Shown here: in pieces, positions 9,111-21,631 of the stretch
How the letters are laid out: each line of letters starts with the position of its first letter
Position numbering within the stretch: position 1 is the stretch's first letter
IMG/VR virus record: IMGVR_UViG_3300008107_000058
DNA length: 57,567 nt
Source of the DNA: an uncultured virus (IMG/VR IMGVR_UViG_3300008107_000058)
Lineage: Duplodnaviria > Heunggongvirae > Uroviricota > Caudoviricetes
Reading direction: 5' to 3' (one strand)
Program-made: the position numbers and the translations under genes
The notes under the pieces: model-generated
What the model saw: only the letters and a program-made list of their open reading frames with translations
What the model was told of the DNA's origin: nothing
The model's database searches: none

Positions 9111-12100
9111 TACTACCCCAATCCTTTCCTTCCATGTCTTGTAGCTCAAAAACTACACCAGCTGTAATATTGTTTCTAACAATTGTATATACTTCATCTG
9201 GATTTGTAAAGTTTTTCTTAACAAGTTTTGGAATTTTAACTACAACATATCCACCCTTTGGATATGCCTCACCCATTGCTGGGTATACGTCCCAATATGA
9301 AATAGATTCTTCAATGTCATTAAGAACTTTATTGGTATCAAAACCGGCAGAAATTCCTCCGCCTCTTGTTCTCAGGTCTGTAAAAGAAAAGTTTTCATCG
9401 GAGAATGTGTTAACTACATAAACGATACCTATCAAAAGGGCAAAAGGATCATACTCTGAAATATCATATTTGTTAAATATATTATTATTATACGTAAAGT
9501 TAACAATTGAACCAGGAGTATATTCTTCCACTACAACATCCTGCATAACAGCTGGATATATTCCGTCAATTGGAGTTGACTTTGATTTATATATTTCTGT
9601 TGGTTTAAGATAAATATACAATGGCTTGTTTATCTTAACTATATCCTTATTCAGGAATGGGTTTAATGGTATTGGTGATCCAGCCGAGTTTCTAACCATT
9701 ACATCGGAAGAAACTGTAGTGTAATTTACTTTTGTAAGTCTTTCGTCAGAAGATATAATTGAAGAGTTAAACTCTACTAAACCAGTTTTACAATTTACAT
9801 TTTTAAAATCATTATATGAAACTTGTTGCCAAGGTGCAGAAGTAGATGATCTTGTGTAAACTTTTATAATTGGCCTAAAATCTGAAGCAAACCTTGTAAG
9901 ATCATCTGACTTTTCATGGACTATATGTATTGGTGCATTTCTTACAGAGATAGATTGACCATTATTATAAACCGGACTTTCGTCAACGATATCATAATGA
10001 CCTCTACCAAATACTTTTGACCAACCAACAGCTGCAATATTTGATGTATCATATTTAGCTCTTAATGTTTGTCCAGAGTACTTTCCAAGCCAATCTTTTG
10101 GCCTAGTCATGTCAAGAACAACTGGTTTAACAAACGACCCAGAACTTATAGACAATGGCCAGGGTTCCGTTTTTGTTAACTTTGGTGGAGTTTTCATTAA
10201 TTGAATTTTATTTTTAGGAACAGATGAAACTTTAAAAACTGGATGTGCTGATTTAACTGGAACCTGTGTTGGTTGATACATATCGCCATTGGCAGAACCT
10301 GTATATTCTCTTTGAGTAGAAAGGTCTCCATCGTAGTCATATGCATAAAGTCCTATGTACAGATTTTGCGGGCCAACTTCTTGATATTTTGTATATGTAA
10401 TATTTTTACCAACAAACTCTTTATTTCTTATGTCATAAAAGCCATACTGAAGGCCCTCTTGACTTGGAAGGGTATTAATTAATTCAATATTTGAATAGTA
10501 TGCATCTAAATTAGAGTTTGCGGAAACAATTTCTGAAGATAGATTTAAAGAAAAAGGTGTTCCATCGGGTTTGCACAACAACGTTACTCCATCGTAGTAA
10601 TTAAAAGAATTTTTATTAGGCTTAATTGTTGCGTCCTCTACGCCCCTAACACTATAGCCAGTTACACTTTGTCTTTTAACTGTTGTTGTAGGGGAATTGT
10701 AAGAAGATAAATTACTCTTTAGTGTTATTGTATTTCCAGTAGTAGTTAAATCTATATTAGAAGAAGAATAAGGAATACTTGTACCCGATTGAACAACGGA
10801 AGATATAGTTGCCGTTTGCAGTGTTACTGTTCCATCTAAAATAACCGAAAGATCTACTTTCTCTGCTCTATTTACATTGGGCTTATATTCCGTTTGGTTT
10901 AAGCTAACTGACAAACTGGAGTAGGGTAAAAGTTCTGTACTAAAGTCATTTCCATCTATTTTATAAAGAGAAATAGAATTAAGAGTTGCGTTTCTGAGCA
11001 GCTCCGCATTAATAATTTTGGTTTGTTCTGCAAACGATATCGAATTTACTGGAATAGAAAGAGATAGAGTTCCTGTCACCGGCGTTGATTTTGGAGTATT
11101 TACAATTGGAGTTGTGCCGTATTCAGGATCTTTAGCAGGTTCTCCATCTATTTCATTCTTTATTCTATATTTACACTGTATGCCACTTATTGTTATGCCC
11201 TCTGCCGTTGACCCAAAAGCTCCACCAAGCCTAGATCCTTCCAGTAGAATAGAAACATGCTTACCCTTAGCTTCTTTTCCATTTTCAATAGGAATTTCAA
11301 TAAAATCTTTTGCATATTTGCGGATTGTTCCTGCACTTTGGTTTCTAGTAAAGGCGTTCTTTTCTTTGAAGCTATCAGCAACAATAAAGTCTACAACTTT
11401 AAATCCATTATAAGAAGGTGAGCTAACCTGAGTGCCAAATTCTCCTCCAGAAATTTTTACAGAATCAAATGAATAAATCCACTCATCGTTTGGCAATACA
11501 AAGCCAACCCATAATCTAATTGCATCTGGGTCATGATCTTTAGATGTACCGCTAAAATTTATAAGTCTAACTGGTTCTCCAGCTTGAAGAGCTAGCTTTG
11601 CACTTTTTGACACTCTTGCTCCATTTAGATATTTATCTATATTTTTATCTTTATAAGTATTAGCATTGACTTTTTTGACATAGTCGTCAAAAGTATCTTG
11701 GCTCATGTTGGCCCAAACTCTTCCCAGCCACATTTTTGTTTGAGAGTCTACAATTCCGTCTTCTTTAAGCCCTCTATCTTTTTGAAAAGCTTTTACCTTT
11801 GACGAAGTGCCAGATCCAAAAACTCCATCTATTGTAGTTTTAAATTCATTACCAGCCGCAGTTAATGTTAACTGTATATATTTGATATAAGTAGGGTTAC
11901 CTTTACCTTGAAAATATTCATCCCAAGTATTACCCTTGTCTATGTCGTATGTATAGTTAAACGCGTTATAAAAGCTTGATATATCATCAAGCTTTTTATT
12001 AATCAAGGAATAATCTCCAGTTTGAGATGTCTCAAAAATAGTAGGAGTATAAAAATCCGTAGCCCCAGGTACTACTTGCTTAGGCCCTGCTGGCTTTCCA

Positions 12101-14578
12101 GGGGTCTTTTCATATTGTTCACCGCCGCTTGTAAATGTATGATTTTGATTAAATTTTGCTATAGCAGTTATGTTTAAGATTCCATCAAAATTTACTGGAG
12201 TATCAGAACCAGCTGTTAGAGACTGGACAGCTTGTATGTTAACAGAATAGCTTCTTACTGGAACGCTTGGTGCAATTTTTAATTGATTCTTTTTTGAAGG
12301 AACTATTTTATCCTTAATAACATAGGGACCAAATTTTGCCGGAATACTAAACTTAGGTGATTTCTTATTTGTATATGTTTCACAAGCTACATTTTTATCC
12401 GTTATCTTAACAAGATTATATGATGAAGAAACTTCTTTTTTTTCAGCACTTTCTACTGTGGATGCATTTGTCCATGAAACATTTGGATTAGTATATTCGA
12501 TATATAAAGTAATATTATCGTTATTTTGATCTAGAAATACGCTTGACAAATTGGAAACAATAGAAGAAATTTCTGCTCTGTACAGATCTTTTGGAGAAGA
12601 AATGGTATTTCTTACATATCTTCTTTCTCCAGAAACAATACCATTTTTGTAATATGATATTAACTCGTCCTCAAATAAAGCATCCGTGTCTATAACCCAG
12701 TCACTATACCACTGACCACTGTAGTAGTGAACGCTTGATCTTAAATCGTATTTAAATCTAGTAGATTCAACTTTATCATTAATTCCTACTGCAACGCAGT
12801 TGTACAAAAACTTATATGGACCTTCAACAAAGTTAGAAAAAGTAGATCCAGAAGAAATTGGGATTGCTGTTTCTCCATTGTTAGCCGTTGATATAGCGAC
12901 ACTAGATGAATAAATGTCATTACAATACTTTAAGAATCCAGTAGTTGATGCAATGATATTGCTAGCTACTAATCTATCTGTTGTTTTCGTGGTTCTTAAG
13001 AGAACTGCAAATTTTTGAGAATTTCTTTGAAGAACTGATTCTAAACCTGAATTAGAAAAATAATTATATTTTTTATAATCGTTACTTACATCTTTTGCAT
13101 AACCATAAATTCCACAATCTGTAGCAAATTCATTAGTAGTTATTGAAAAAGCATTGTTTTTGGCGGAATTTAAAAGTAAACTTGTTGAATTATATGTGTT
13201 TGGGGCAGTTGTCGGATTAGTATTTATGTCAGCTCCAGCAACAGTAAATGCTGGATTTAGACTTAATAATGCGTTTGTTCCTGCGCCAAATGTGTCGACA
13301 ATAAAAGTGCCAGAATTATTTAAGAATGAATTAATTTTTCCCGCTTGAGGCTCAGTTAGAGTCCAATGAAGTGAGCATGCGATAACATCATACTGTCTAA
13401 TTTGTTCATCGGTAACATTATCAATGTCTACCATCCAATAATTAGCTCTATTTTTTTCCGTTATTGTTGCGTTTGGATTTTCAAAAGTAAAATTAGCTAA
13501 GTTAAAAACTGAATTTTGTAGATTCAAAAAAACGTATGGATTGATATTATTGAGATTCCTAGTCACTTCGCTAGAATATAAAACAGCAGCTTTTATTGTT
13601 TTTGTTTGAATATTTTGAGTAGTAAATTCTCTTCCGTAGTTTACTTCAGAGAAATCAACTGAGTTTTGAACCCTGGCAACAACTCTCCAGTTAAAGACTT
13701 CAAAAATCCTATTGTCGTCAATAGCTTTTTTATTTACGTAAACAACGTTATCCTCTGATCCAATTGCTTTATTGTTAATTGATTTTGTTTTTGTATTTCT
13801 TTTTACAGAATAAGTTTTGTCAAAAAGATTTGATGGATCTACAACCTCTGCTTCTTCTTGTATTTTTTTAAAAAGTGGCAATGGATTTATTGATTCAGAG
13901 TATTTTAATATTTGATTAGACCATAAACCATTTTCATCTACTTCCACTTTATCGTAAACAAGAAATAAATTTTTTGGATACGCATCTTCTATAAAAATTA
14001 TAACTTTATGCGGTATATCATTTTGTGTAGAATTTTCATTTGTAATAAATGATTCAAAAGAAATTCTATATTTTAATCTACCAGTTTGTAAATCTGAATA
14101 TGAATTACCATTTTCGTCAATAAGTTTTATATTATTTGGTACAAATCTATCTTCAACAAAATAATTTAAACCACTTGCTATATGCATGCCTGTTCTTAGC
14201 AATGTAAAATGATTACTTATATAATAATTCATTGCATATGGTTTACTTTTTAAAGCTTCTTTTTCGTAGTTTTGCATTACAACTTCTTCATTTAAGAATA
14301 CATCACTAACAAGAATATTATCGGAAGATACATACGGATTGCCCAATTCATCTTCAAGCATTCCTAGTTCATTAGCGAACATCAATTTATTAAACGAAGA
14401 AGCTTCATTAATATTCTCTGATATCGTAGAAGAAAGGTCTACAAAAGCAAGGTTGTTTTCTGGCGTAATTTCTTTTGAGGAAAACCATCCGTAAATTAAT
14501 TGAATCACGTGGTATAAAATTACCAGTTTTTACAGCTGGTTCTTTCAGAGATTCTGTTTTGTCAACAAAATTCTTCAT
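9091..14578 (-). CDS. Giant baseplate/outer tail protein with a peptidoglycan-binding domain; about 1828 aa when read through a +1 shift at CGGA (codon 30)
   Basis: ATG at 14578 abuts the upstream TAA and has a GAGGA RBS: MKNFVDKTESLKEPAVKTGNFIPRDSINL-[CGGA]-WFSSKEITPENN. It joins the 1805-aa ORF. PG_binding_1-like segment IDGVFGSGTSSKVKAFQKDRGLKEDGIVD at about 11735-11890. Confidence 0.7.
14488..14491 (-). other. +1 frameshift / quadruplet site CGGA (context TTA CGG ATG)
   Basis: In-frame CGG at codon 30 of the ORF starting at 14578. Skipping the C gives GGA TGG TTT in the frame of the 1805-aa ORF. Confidence 0.7.
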
Positions 14579-17500
14579 TTAATCTTCCTCATAATCTTTC
14601 ATTAAGCTCTCATAGCTGTTTACATGCATTGGTGTAGAACCAAGTAGTCCCATCATATATTGATCATATCTATTAATTGGATACCACTTTGGAGGAAGCC
14701 AATCTGGAGTTGCCGTATATGGGGTAGCGTAGTTTCCATCGAAGTATTGAACCGTAAACGATGGAGTAGAATACATATCTGTTCTATTTATATATAGTAA
14801 ATTAGGATCGTAGAATACTGAATCTCCGTACGCATAATTTAAATTGTCATATTTTTCGCTCCAGAATACAATATCTCCAGCTATATTTACTGGATTTATA
14901 TTAACTGTAGCTGCAGCTTCTGATTCTACTGCAACAAACCACAATCCAGGACTATCTTTTTCTTGAGCCGTAAATGGACCTATTTCAAAGTTTCCATATT
15001 CATCAGTTCTTACATAAGAAGAATATGGGGTTGCATCGAATATATCTTGAAGAGTTCTTCCTTTTCTCCAGTAAATTACTTTATTTACTTCAGCAGAAGA
15101 ATCTTTTCTTAAAAATCCTCTGATATTATTATTTGAAACACCATCCGCAGAGATAACATTATTATCAACAATTGCTTTTAGTAGATAGTTATTGTCGTAC
15201 TGGCTTAATATATCAAAGGTAAGTGTTTTTGAAAAACCTTGAGTTTGGGAATTTTCGTGTGCATTAATAGAACCATTAGCAACGCCCGATACCGACAAGG
15301 AACTAGAGACGCCACTAATTGGCGTTGCACTTGCAAAGTAAACTCTTGCACTAGCGAAGCCATTAATGTCAGTATTGTAGTATTCTTGTTCAGAAGCTAC
15401 ATGTTGACCAGTGATAGTAAATGTTTGATAAGGCTTTGAGTTGCCATTTATATCAAGTGACTTTATCGTTATGACCATAAAATCATCAAGACTATCGACC
15501 ACATAAGATGGATTTAGTTTCACTTCTGCGTCTGCAAAAGAGTAATCAGTGTGACTCAAGTAAACAAAACCTTCTTGATCCCAAAGCTCCATAGGGTCAA
15601 CATTCAATGATATTGGCGTTGCATGGGATATTATTGACTTTTCATATGTTATGTCATAGGAATAAAGTGAAGATGGCGTTGAGTCAAATCTAATTTCCGT
15701 AACATATTGACTATTATTTGCATCATAATAATCGTTATCAACTACATAAGAGTCTCTTACTCTATAGGAAACATAATACTCCCTACCATTAACCGCAGGG
15801 GTTGCAGAGTCAAAAACCTCTATTTCGTTTGTTAAACTACTTCCATTTTCCATTAAAACGTAACCTGTTACTGAATCAATAACTTCAACATTATAAACAT
15901 TCTCATACCCAAGGTAAAGATTATTAGATCTATTTGCTTTTATAGTTTCTTCATTTATTAAAGAAACGTACGTAGGCGATGCTGCATCATAGAATGCCAC
16001 TTCTCTTAAGGTAGCTGGTGTAGCTGAGTTTCTTTCTACAATAATGGGAGCACCCTGTCTTGCGGTATAAGTGAGGTTAACGTAAAAGCCCGGAGTTGCA
16101 AAAGTCTCCATTATTGGAGAAGAATAAATATAATAATCTTCACCGCCTTGATGGTACCAACCAACGTTTAAGTACGAACTATATATTCCTTCAAATTCTG
16201 CAACAACGTCAACTGGAGATAGAGTTCCCTCTTCGTATTCTAAAATAGAAGAATTTGCATAAATAACATCATCTTCAGCTAGTGTTACGAATTGTTGTGA
16301 AGGGGTTAGTATGACTCCATCTGTATCATTAATAACTTCAATTTTTTCAATCCAATCAGTTGCATAATTTAAACCAAATGTATCGTAGGTAAGATCATAG
16401 GTTGCAACAAAGTTTGAATTAAGGCTAAAGTTGTCATCAGAGTTTTCTGACGAACTCCTAATAATTCCTCTTTTATTCATTGAGCCAGAAATCATTGGCG
16501 TTGATTGAGAACTAAATGCTTCCCAGGAATCTCTTTTAAATGGATAAATTGGAGTAGCAGAATTATCTGTTTTTATATTAATAATACTTGGCGTTGAACC
16601 ATATGGATATTTTAATTCTTTAAAATAATAATTATAAGTTGCGCCATCATTATTAATATAACCAGCGTGATCTGTTGGTGTTGCAAAATTAGGGTTAATG
16701 TATTGCGCTATTATATTTGGCGAAGCTGGGACAAATTTTAGCGCATCCAAATCAGCAGAAATTCCACCATAACCTTCATAACTAGGGTCGATGTATATAT
16801 CCTTTATTTCTTCATAACCAGAAGGTTTAATGTTATCGATATGAATATACACTGGAGTTGAACCAGGTGGGAATATTAATGTGTTCTGAATAAAGTCTTT
16901 ATCTATAAGAACATTCTTAGTGTACGATATTTCGTTGTCATAATTAAGAATAAAAAATCCATCTAATTTTGGAGTAGTTTGAAATGTTCCTCTCTTCAAA
17001 GTGTACTTATTAGAAGAAACTTTAATATTAGCTCCACCATTAATAAATCTAGCATTTAATAAACTTATTGGACTTCCTATACTTGAAGAATATGGGGTAG
17101 CTCCAGTAAAGGAAATATTAAAGCTATCAGAACCAGATGTCGGCGTTGCTGATGCTTTATTTGCATAAAAGAAATTGGCTCTTGAATTTACAGGAGTTAC
17201 AGAAGTATCAGAATACGCTGCGTTAGTAGCAAGGTCTTTAAATATATAATTAGGATATGCATATCCGTCTTGGTCAAAGATTGGAACAACTTCATATTCT
17301 GGACTGGCTGGATGACCTGGTCCATAAGAGTTATTTGGATAATGACTAACGTCTACGTAAAAAGTTCTAGCGCTGGTATAAGAGCCGTGAACTGGCATTT
17401 CCAATAGATATCTAAAGTTAACAGTTGCTGGACTATTTTCGTAGTAACTTTGTGTATAAGTTCCATAATAATTATAATCAACAAACACAGGAGCGTAATC

Positions 17501-19184
17501 ATCAATCTGTCCAAGATATCTTGACCCAGAAGCTTTAAACTTAGCATTAAAATCTACTACTGACTCTGATGGCTCTTTTACTATTATGTTTGCGTCAGAA
17601 ATGTCTCCAATTCCAGGTTGATAATATCTACCAAGTGGCGTAGCATCGTCGTATACCGCGGGTATTCTTCCAACGCCTTGTTGGTCTTTTCCAGAATAGT
17701 CCCAATAACCTTCGCCCCATTTAACATAACCCCAGTTTAAAGGATACTTTTCATTTAATGATCTTACAAAATCTCTAAACTCTTTATTTGGTTTTCCAGA
17801 AAATTGAAAATAAGGAGTAGTTGATTCTATGTCGGAAATCTCAAGTATTTCCGGTGTTGCACCAAGGTAATCTGAATCTGGAGTAGCGCCGTATGCACTC
17901 CAGATATCCAATTCTCTTCTAAGTGTTCTCTTTATTGCATCTATAGATGGACCAGGAAGGTTCTTATAGGTATCTAGTATTCTCTTTTTGAAGTTTGCAT
18001 TTTGCTCAAGATAGAGCCTACGAAGACCAACCCTGGCACCAAATTCGTCAAACCAATTCCATTTTAATATTGGTTCTTGCTCAAAAGAATTGGAATCAAC
18101 AGTAAATGATTTGAAAAGTTTTTTAGTAAAAACCATTCTATCTGACGCTGCAAAATAATAACAGTAATCGTTTTCGACAGATTCATAAAAATCATTTAAT
18201 GTATCAACTCTTGACAAAGTTATTGCATCGCCCTTAATGGCCAAATGTGATGCAGGCACGTCAGAAGTTGTATATATCCAAGCAAGTTGGTTTTCGTCTG
18301 CTGTTGTTATAAATCTATCAAGTTCAAACTGATTGACTTGTTTTTCAAAATTTTCTGGAAAATCTGCAACAAGGGAGTTAACAAAAGAACCTGCTGTTGT
18401 TGACGGCATCTGCAAAGAAGGTGTTGCGTCATCCATCGAGTCTTGGAACATTTTTGCCCAAGATGGAAACCTACTAAGTATTTTTTTAGCAGTTCTACCA
18501 AGAACAGATGGAACTGGATTTGCAATTGCAACTTCTACAAGAAGAACAAAACCATAACCTTCTACATCTTGTGGTTGTAATTCAGAAACTATATCTAGGT
18601 CAAACTTAACATATCTTTTTGAGTTTGTTATAAACAAAGTTCCTACATTAGAAGACGTAGAAGACTTAAGCCATGGCCCAGAAGGAGAGTCCGCCTCGTA
18701 AACGGTTACGGTATATGTTGGGGAATCCTGAGTATTTACATTGGTAAAAGCTCCGCTTATAACTAAGGATATCTGTCCTAGAAGAGGTGTCTACAAATCT
18801 ATATAAATCCAAATTAACTGAAGTTGGATCAAGAATATAAAAAGGTGAAGCATCCTCTATTAAATTAAAGATAAAATACTGCTCTGATATTTCATCGTAC
18901 TCAAATATATTATATGTAATAACATTTGTGTCTTTGAATATCTCACCATAGTTAGTTACAGATACTGGAGTGCTACCCTCTACTACGATTGTAGGAGTAG
19001 CATCTTCCAGAATTTCTGTTCCAACAAATGTTCTGTCGCTTAGTTCATTTAAACCGTATCTTGATTTTGATACAGAATAGTTAGTGTACCACTTGTTATT
19101 ATATAGGTCGATAGAATCTGTAGTCCATGCTTTTCCAGACTTAATAAAGTCAGAGCTTTTTAAAGCTATTATGAATTGCTTCAT
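14579..19184 (-). CDS. Giant baseplate wedge-like protein with Ig-like C-terminal domains and many Ala-Thr-Pro motifs; about 1534 aa when read through a +1 shift at CGGA (codon 144)
   Basis: Joins the 172-aa ORF (18666-19184) and the 1352-aa ORF: ...SRTDILSYK-[CGGA]-AFTNVNTQDSPTYTVTVYEADSPSGPWLKSSTSSNVGTLFITNSKRY. FDEFGARVGLRRLYLEQNANFKKRIL resembles the D..G...G..R...E....R.RI motif of gpI/gpJ-type wedge proteins. Confidence 0.7.
18752..18755 (-). other. +1 frameshift / quadruplet site CGGA (context AAG CGG AGC)
   Basis: In-frame CGG at codon 144 of the ORF starting at 19184. The +1 frame is open from just upstream of this point into the 1352-aa ORF. Confidence 0.75.
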
Positions 19185-19203
19185 CTACAGATGCCTTCCT
19201 AGA

Positions 19204-20445
19204 TTAGTCTAACCAGATAGAGTATTCTGAAGTAACACCATTCTCTGGATGAACGAACATCAAGTGCTGGCATGGTCTACTCATGGAGGAGAAGTACTCT
19301 TGAGCGTAAGTGTTATGGCTTTCTGGGGAACCAGAGATTCTTAAAAGGCCACTTCCAATTGTCATCTTAAATTGCTGATGATAATGGCCCATAAAAACGT
19401 CATCAAAGTGCTCTGGAATAGCTCCATCTTTCCATCCCATTACCTTTTTATAGTAACCGTAGTAGGACGTTGGCGCAGGCATTTGGTCACCGTGAATTAG
19501 TAGCGAACTATAGTTTCCAATATTGTCTACTGCATAGAAGTTTCTTTCACCTTTTCCATCTGGAATGTTAAAAGTAATTCTAGGTTCATTTTTAAAGATC
19601 AATTCAACAATCTTATACAGCAGTCTGTCCATATTGGTTTCTGGGTCGTGTTGTTTTCTAGCTCTACCACCTACTGCACCATGGTTGCCAATAACTCCAG
19701 TTACATGAACGTGCTTAAAGTTTTCTAAAGCTGTTCTTAAGAAAGTGCTGAGGATTTCTGGGCCGTTAATGCCAACTTGTCTATACAGACCAGAGTCAAT
19801 TAAATGGCTTTGTCCAGGGAAAATCTCTTCACCTTCAACTATGTCACCCAGTAACCACACATGCAAAGTGTCGACCGGATGATCGGCTCTTTGTATTTCT
19901 GTAATTTCCATAAGCTTTTCCGTATATGTTTCTATTCTTTGAGCAAGAACGTCACTGTTATACGTTGGCGTTACTTTTCCTAACTGCCAGTCGCCAAATA
20001 CCGCTACTGCAGTTTCTGGAACCCCAGACTTAGCAGACTTGATATTGTTCATTTTAACTGGAGCCATTTCAAAAGAAGTAAATGCCTCATATGCAGCTTG
20101 ATAGACCGCATGAACTGCCTCGTCTTTTACGTTTTTATACCTATCAACTGCTTTTGCTAATCTTCTATTTTCTGATCTAATAAAATCAAATTTATTATCA
20201 AAAGTATCAGCTTCTTCATCTTCGTCGAGAGAAACTCTTGTATCGTATCTCAAGTCGCTTTTATTTAATTCAGAAAAACCAACATACTTATCGGCTTCAG
20301 AATCAGAAACTTCATTAATATCTACATTCTGTTTAAGAACTTCTCCAACAAAATCTGACTCACCCTCTATAGCCAATTTGGCTTGTGTCATATTGGGCGC
20401 TTTGACGATATGCTTGCTCGTCAAGAGGAAATATTTTTCACTCAT
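19204..20445 (-). CDS. Calcineurin-like metallophosphoesterase, 413 aa
   Basis: Ordered motifs GDWQLG, LLGDIVEG, GNHG, LIHGD, MGHYH; N-terminal coiled coil. Confidence 0.85.
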   Translation of the reverse strand: MSEKYFLLTSKHIVKAPNMTQAKLAIEGESDFVGEVLKQNVDINEVSDSEADKYVGFSELNKSDLRYDTRVSLDEDEEADTFDNKFDFIRSENRRLAKAVDRYKNVKDEAVHAVYQAAYEAFTSFEMAPVKMNNIKSAKSGVPETAVAVFGDWQLGKVTPTYNSDVLAQRIETYTEKLMEITEIQRADHPVDTLHVWLLGDIVEGEEIFPGQSHLIDSGLYRQVGINGPEILSTFLRTALENFKHVHVTGVIGNHGAVGGRARKQHDPETNMDRLLYKIVELIFKNEPRITFNIPDGKGERNFYAVDNIGNYSSLLIHGDQMPAPTSYYGYYKKVMGWKDGAIPEHFDDVFMGHYHQQFKMTIGSGLLRISGSPESHNTYAQEYFSSMSRPCQHLMFVHPENGVTSEYSIWLD

Positions 20446-20461
20446 TTATAAAACCAACCTT

Positions 20462-21631
20462 TTAGTAGTTAGACAAACCAATTATAACAGAGTTTATCGA
20501 GATATCGCCAGCAACTATGTAATCTCTTTCAGTTTGTGCCCTAAAATCTTTTCTGTTAATTGGTGTACCCTGTGCGCTAATGTTGGTTAAACTAATACTT
20601 CTGATTAAATCAGATGATATTCTAATTTGTCTTTCTATTTCTTGAACAGACATTGTATCTCCAACAGTAAGTGAATTTAAATATCTCTTTACAAACACTG
20701 AAGCTTGATTCTGTATACCATTTCTAAGATTTTGTGCCGTTCCGTAAGGAAGGGTAATTGTAGCCTCTACGCTTACTGGAAGGGCGTTGGCAATAGAAGT
20801 ATTTATTCTTATGCCCAAAGGTCTTATTTGCGATATTGCTGCATTAACAAGGGTTGGAAGATTTCCAATTCTTCCTGGAACTTCTGGAATTATAATAATT
20901 TCACAAGAACCTATGCCGTAAGATGCTTCTCTAATTCTGATATCTCTAACCCCATTAACCGCAAGAGCTGAAAACCTTAAAGCCTCAACAGTACCCGTTG
21001 CACTGACTTTCACTGCTGACAGAATTCTTCTTCTGTAATTATCGTCTGATTCAGCGTTGACTACTGGGTAAATTTCTTTTGGGTTTGAACAAAATAAAAT
21101 AACCCCAGCTGGACCGATGTAATTATGTCTAGTCAATGAGCCCACTGAAGCAACGTGGTCATTTGACTGAAAGTTTGGAACAACTATTCCGTAAGCTTTT
21201 GTTACTCCAGCTAGAATAACAACATCATTTACAACCTTATATGAATATTGAGTAGAGTTGTAAGATCCAACATCGTTATATACAAGAGTGCCTTTGGGAA
21301 TTATAATATCAGAGACGTAAGGTTTGTCTAGAATAAATTCAATATTTGCCGTAGTTCTTTCGTATACTAACTGTTCAGATAGTGTTTTTCTTTTTACATT
21401 ATACATTTCACCAATTAAATCAAGCCCTCTGCCAGATGCAGTTGAAAGACTAGATTGACTAACGGCTTCTTTAAATGACTCATAAAGATAAAACATCTCT
21501 GTGCCAAAAGAGTCTGCAAAAGCTCTTGCAACAGATCCTGGAGATGTTGCTGTAATGTTAGCATTTTGTTCTAGGGCGTTTAAAATTCTAACTATTATTT
21601 CTTCTTTTGTTTTTGTATTTATTGTTGGCAT
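20462..21631 (-). CDS. Baseplate J-like wedge protein, 389 aa
   Basis: PGSVARAF, TASGRGLDLIGEMYNVKR, AESDDNYRRRIL, GTVEAL...VNGV motifs; follows a gp25-like gene. Confidence 0.85.
   Translation of the reverse strand: MPTINTKTKEEIIVRILNALEQNANITATSPGSVARAFADSFGTEMFYLYESFKEAVSQSSLSTASGRGLDLIGEMYNVKRKTLSEQLVYERTTANIEFILDKPYVSDIIIPKGTLVYNDVGSYNSTQYSYKVVNDVVILAGVTKAYGIVVPNFQSNDHVASVGSLTRHNYIGPAGVILFCSNPKEIYPVVNAESDDNYRRRILSAVKVSATGTVEALRFSALAVNGVRDIRIREASYGIGSCEIIIIPEVPGRIGNLPTLVNAAISQIRPLGIRINTSIANALPVSVEATITLPYGTAQNLRNGIQNQASVFVKRYLNSLTVGDTMSVQEIERQIRISSDLIRSISLTNISAQGTPINRKDFRAQTERDYIVAGDISINSVIIGLSNY

Noticed and set aside
14579..19184. ATP motifs as a DNA repeat, CRISPR array or DGR target
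   Set aside because: Codons vary, spacing is irregular and flanks are unrelated; no direct-repeat array, reverse transcriptase or template/variable repeat pair was seen.
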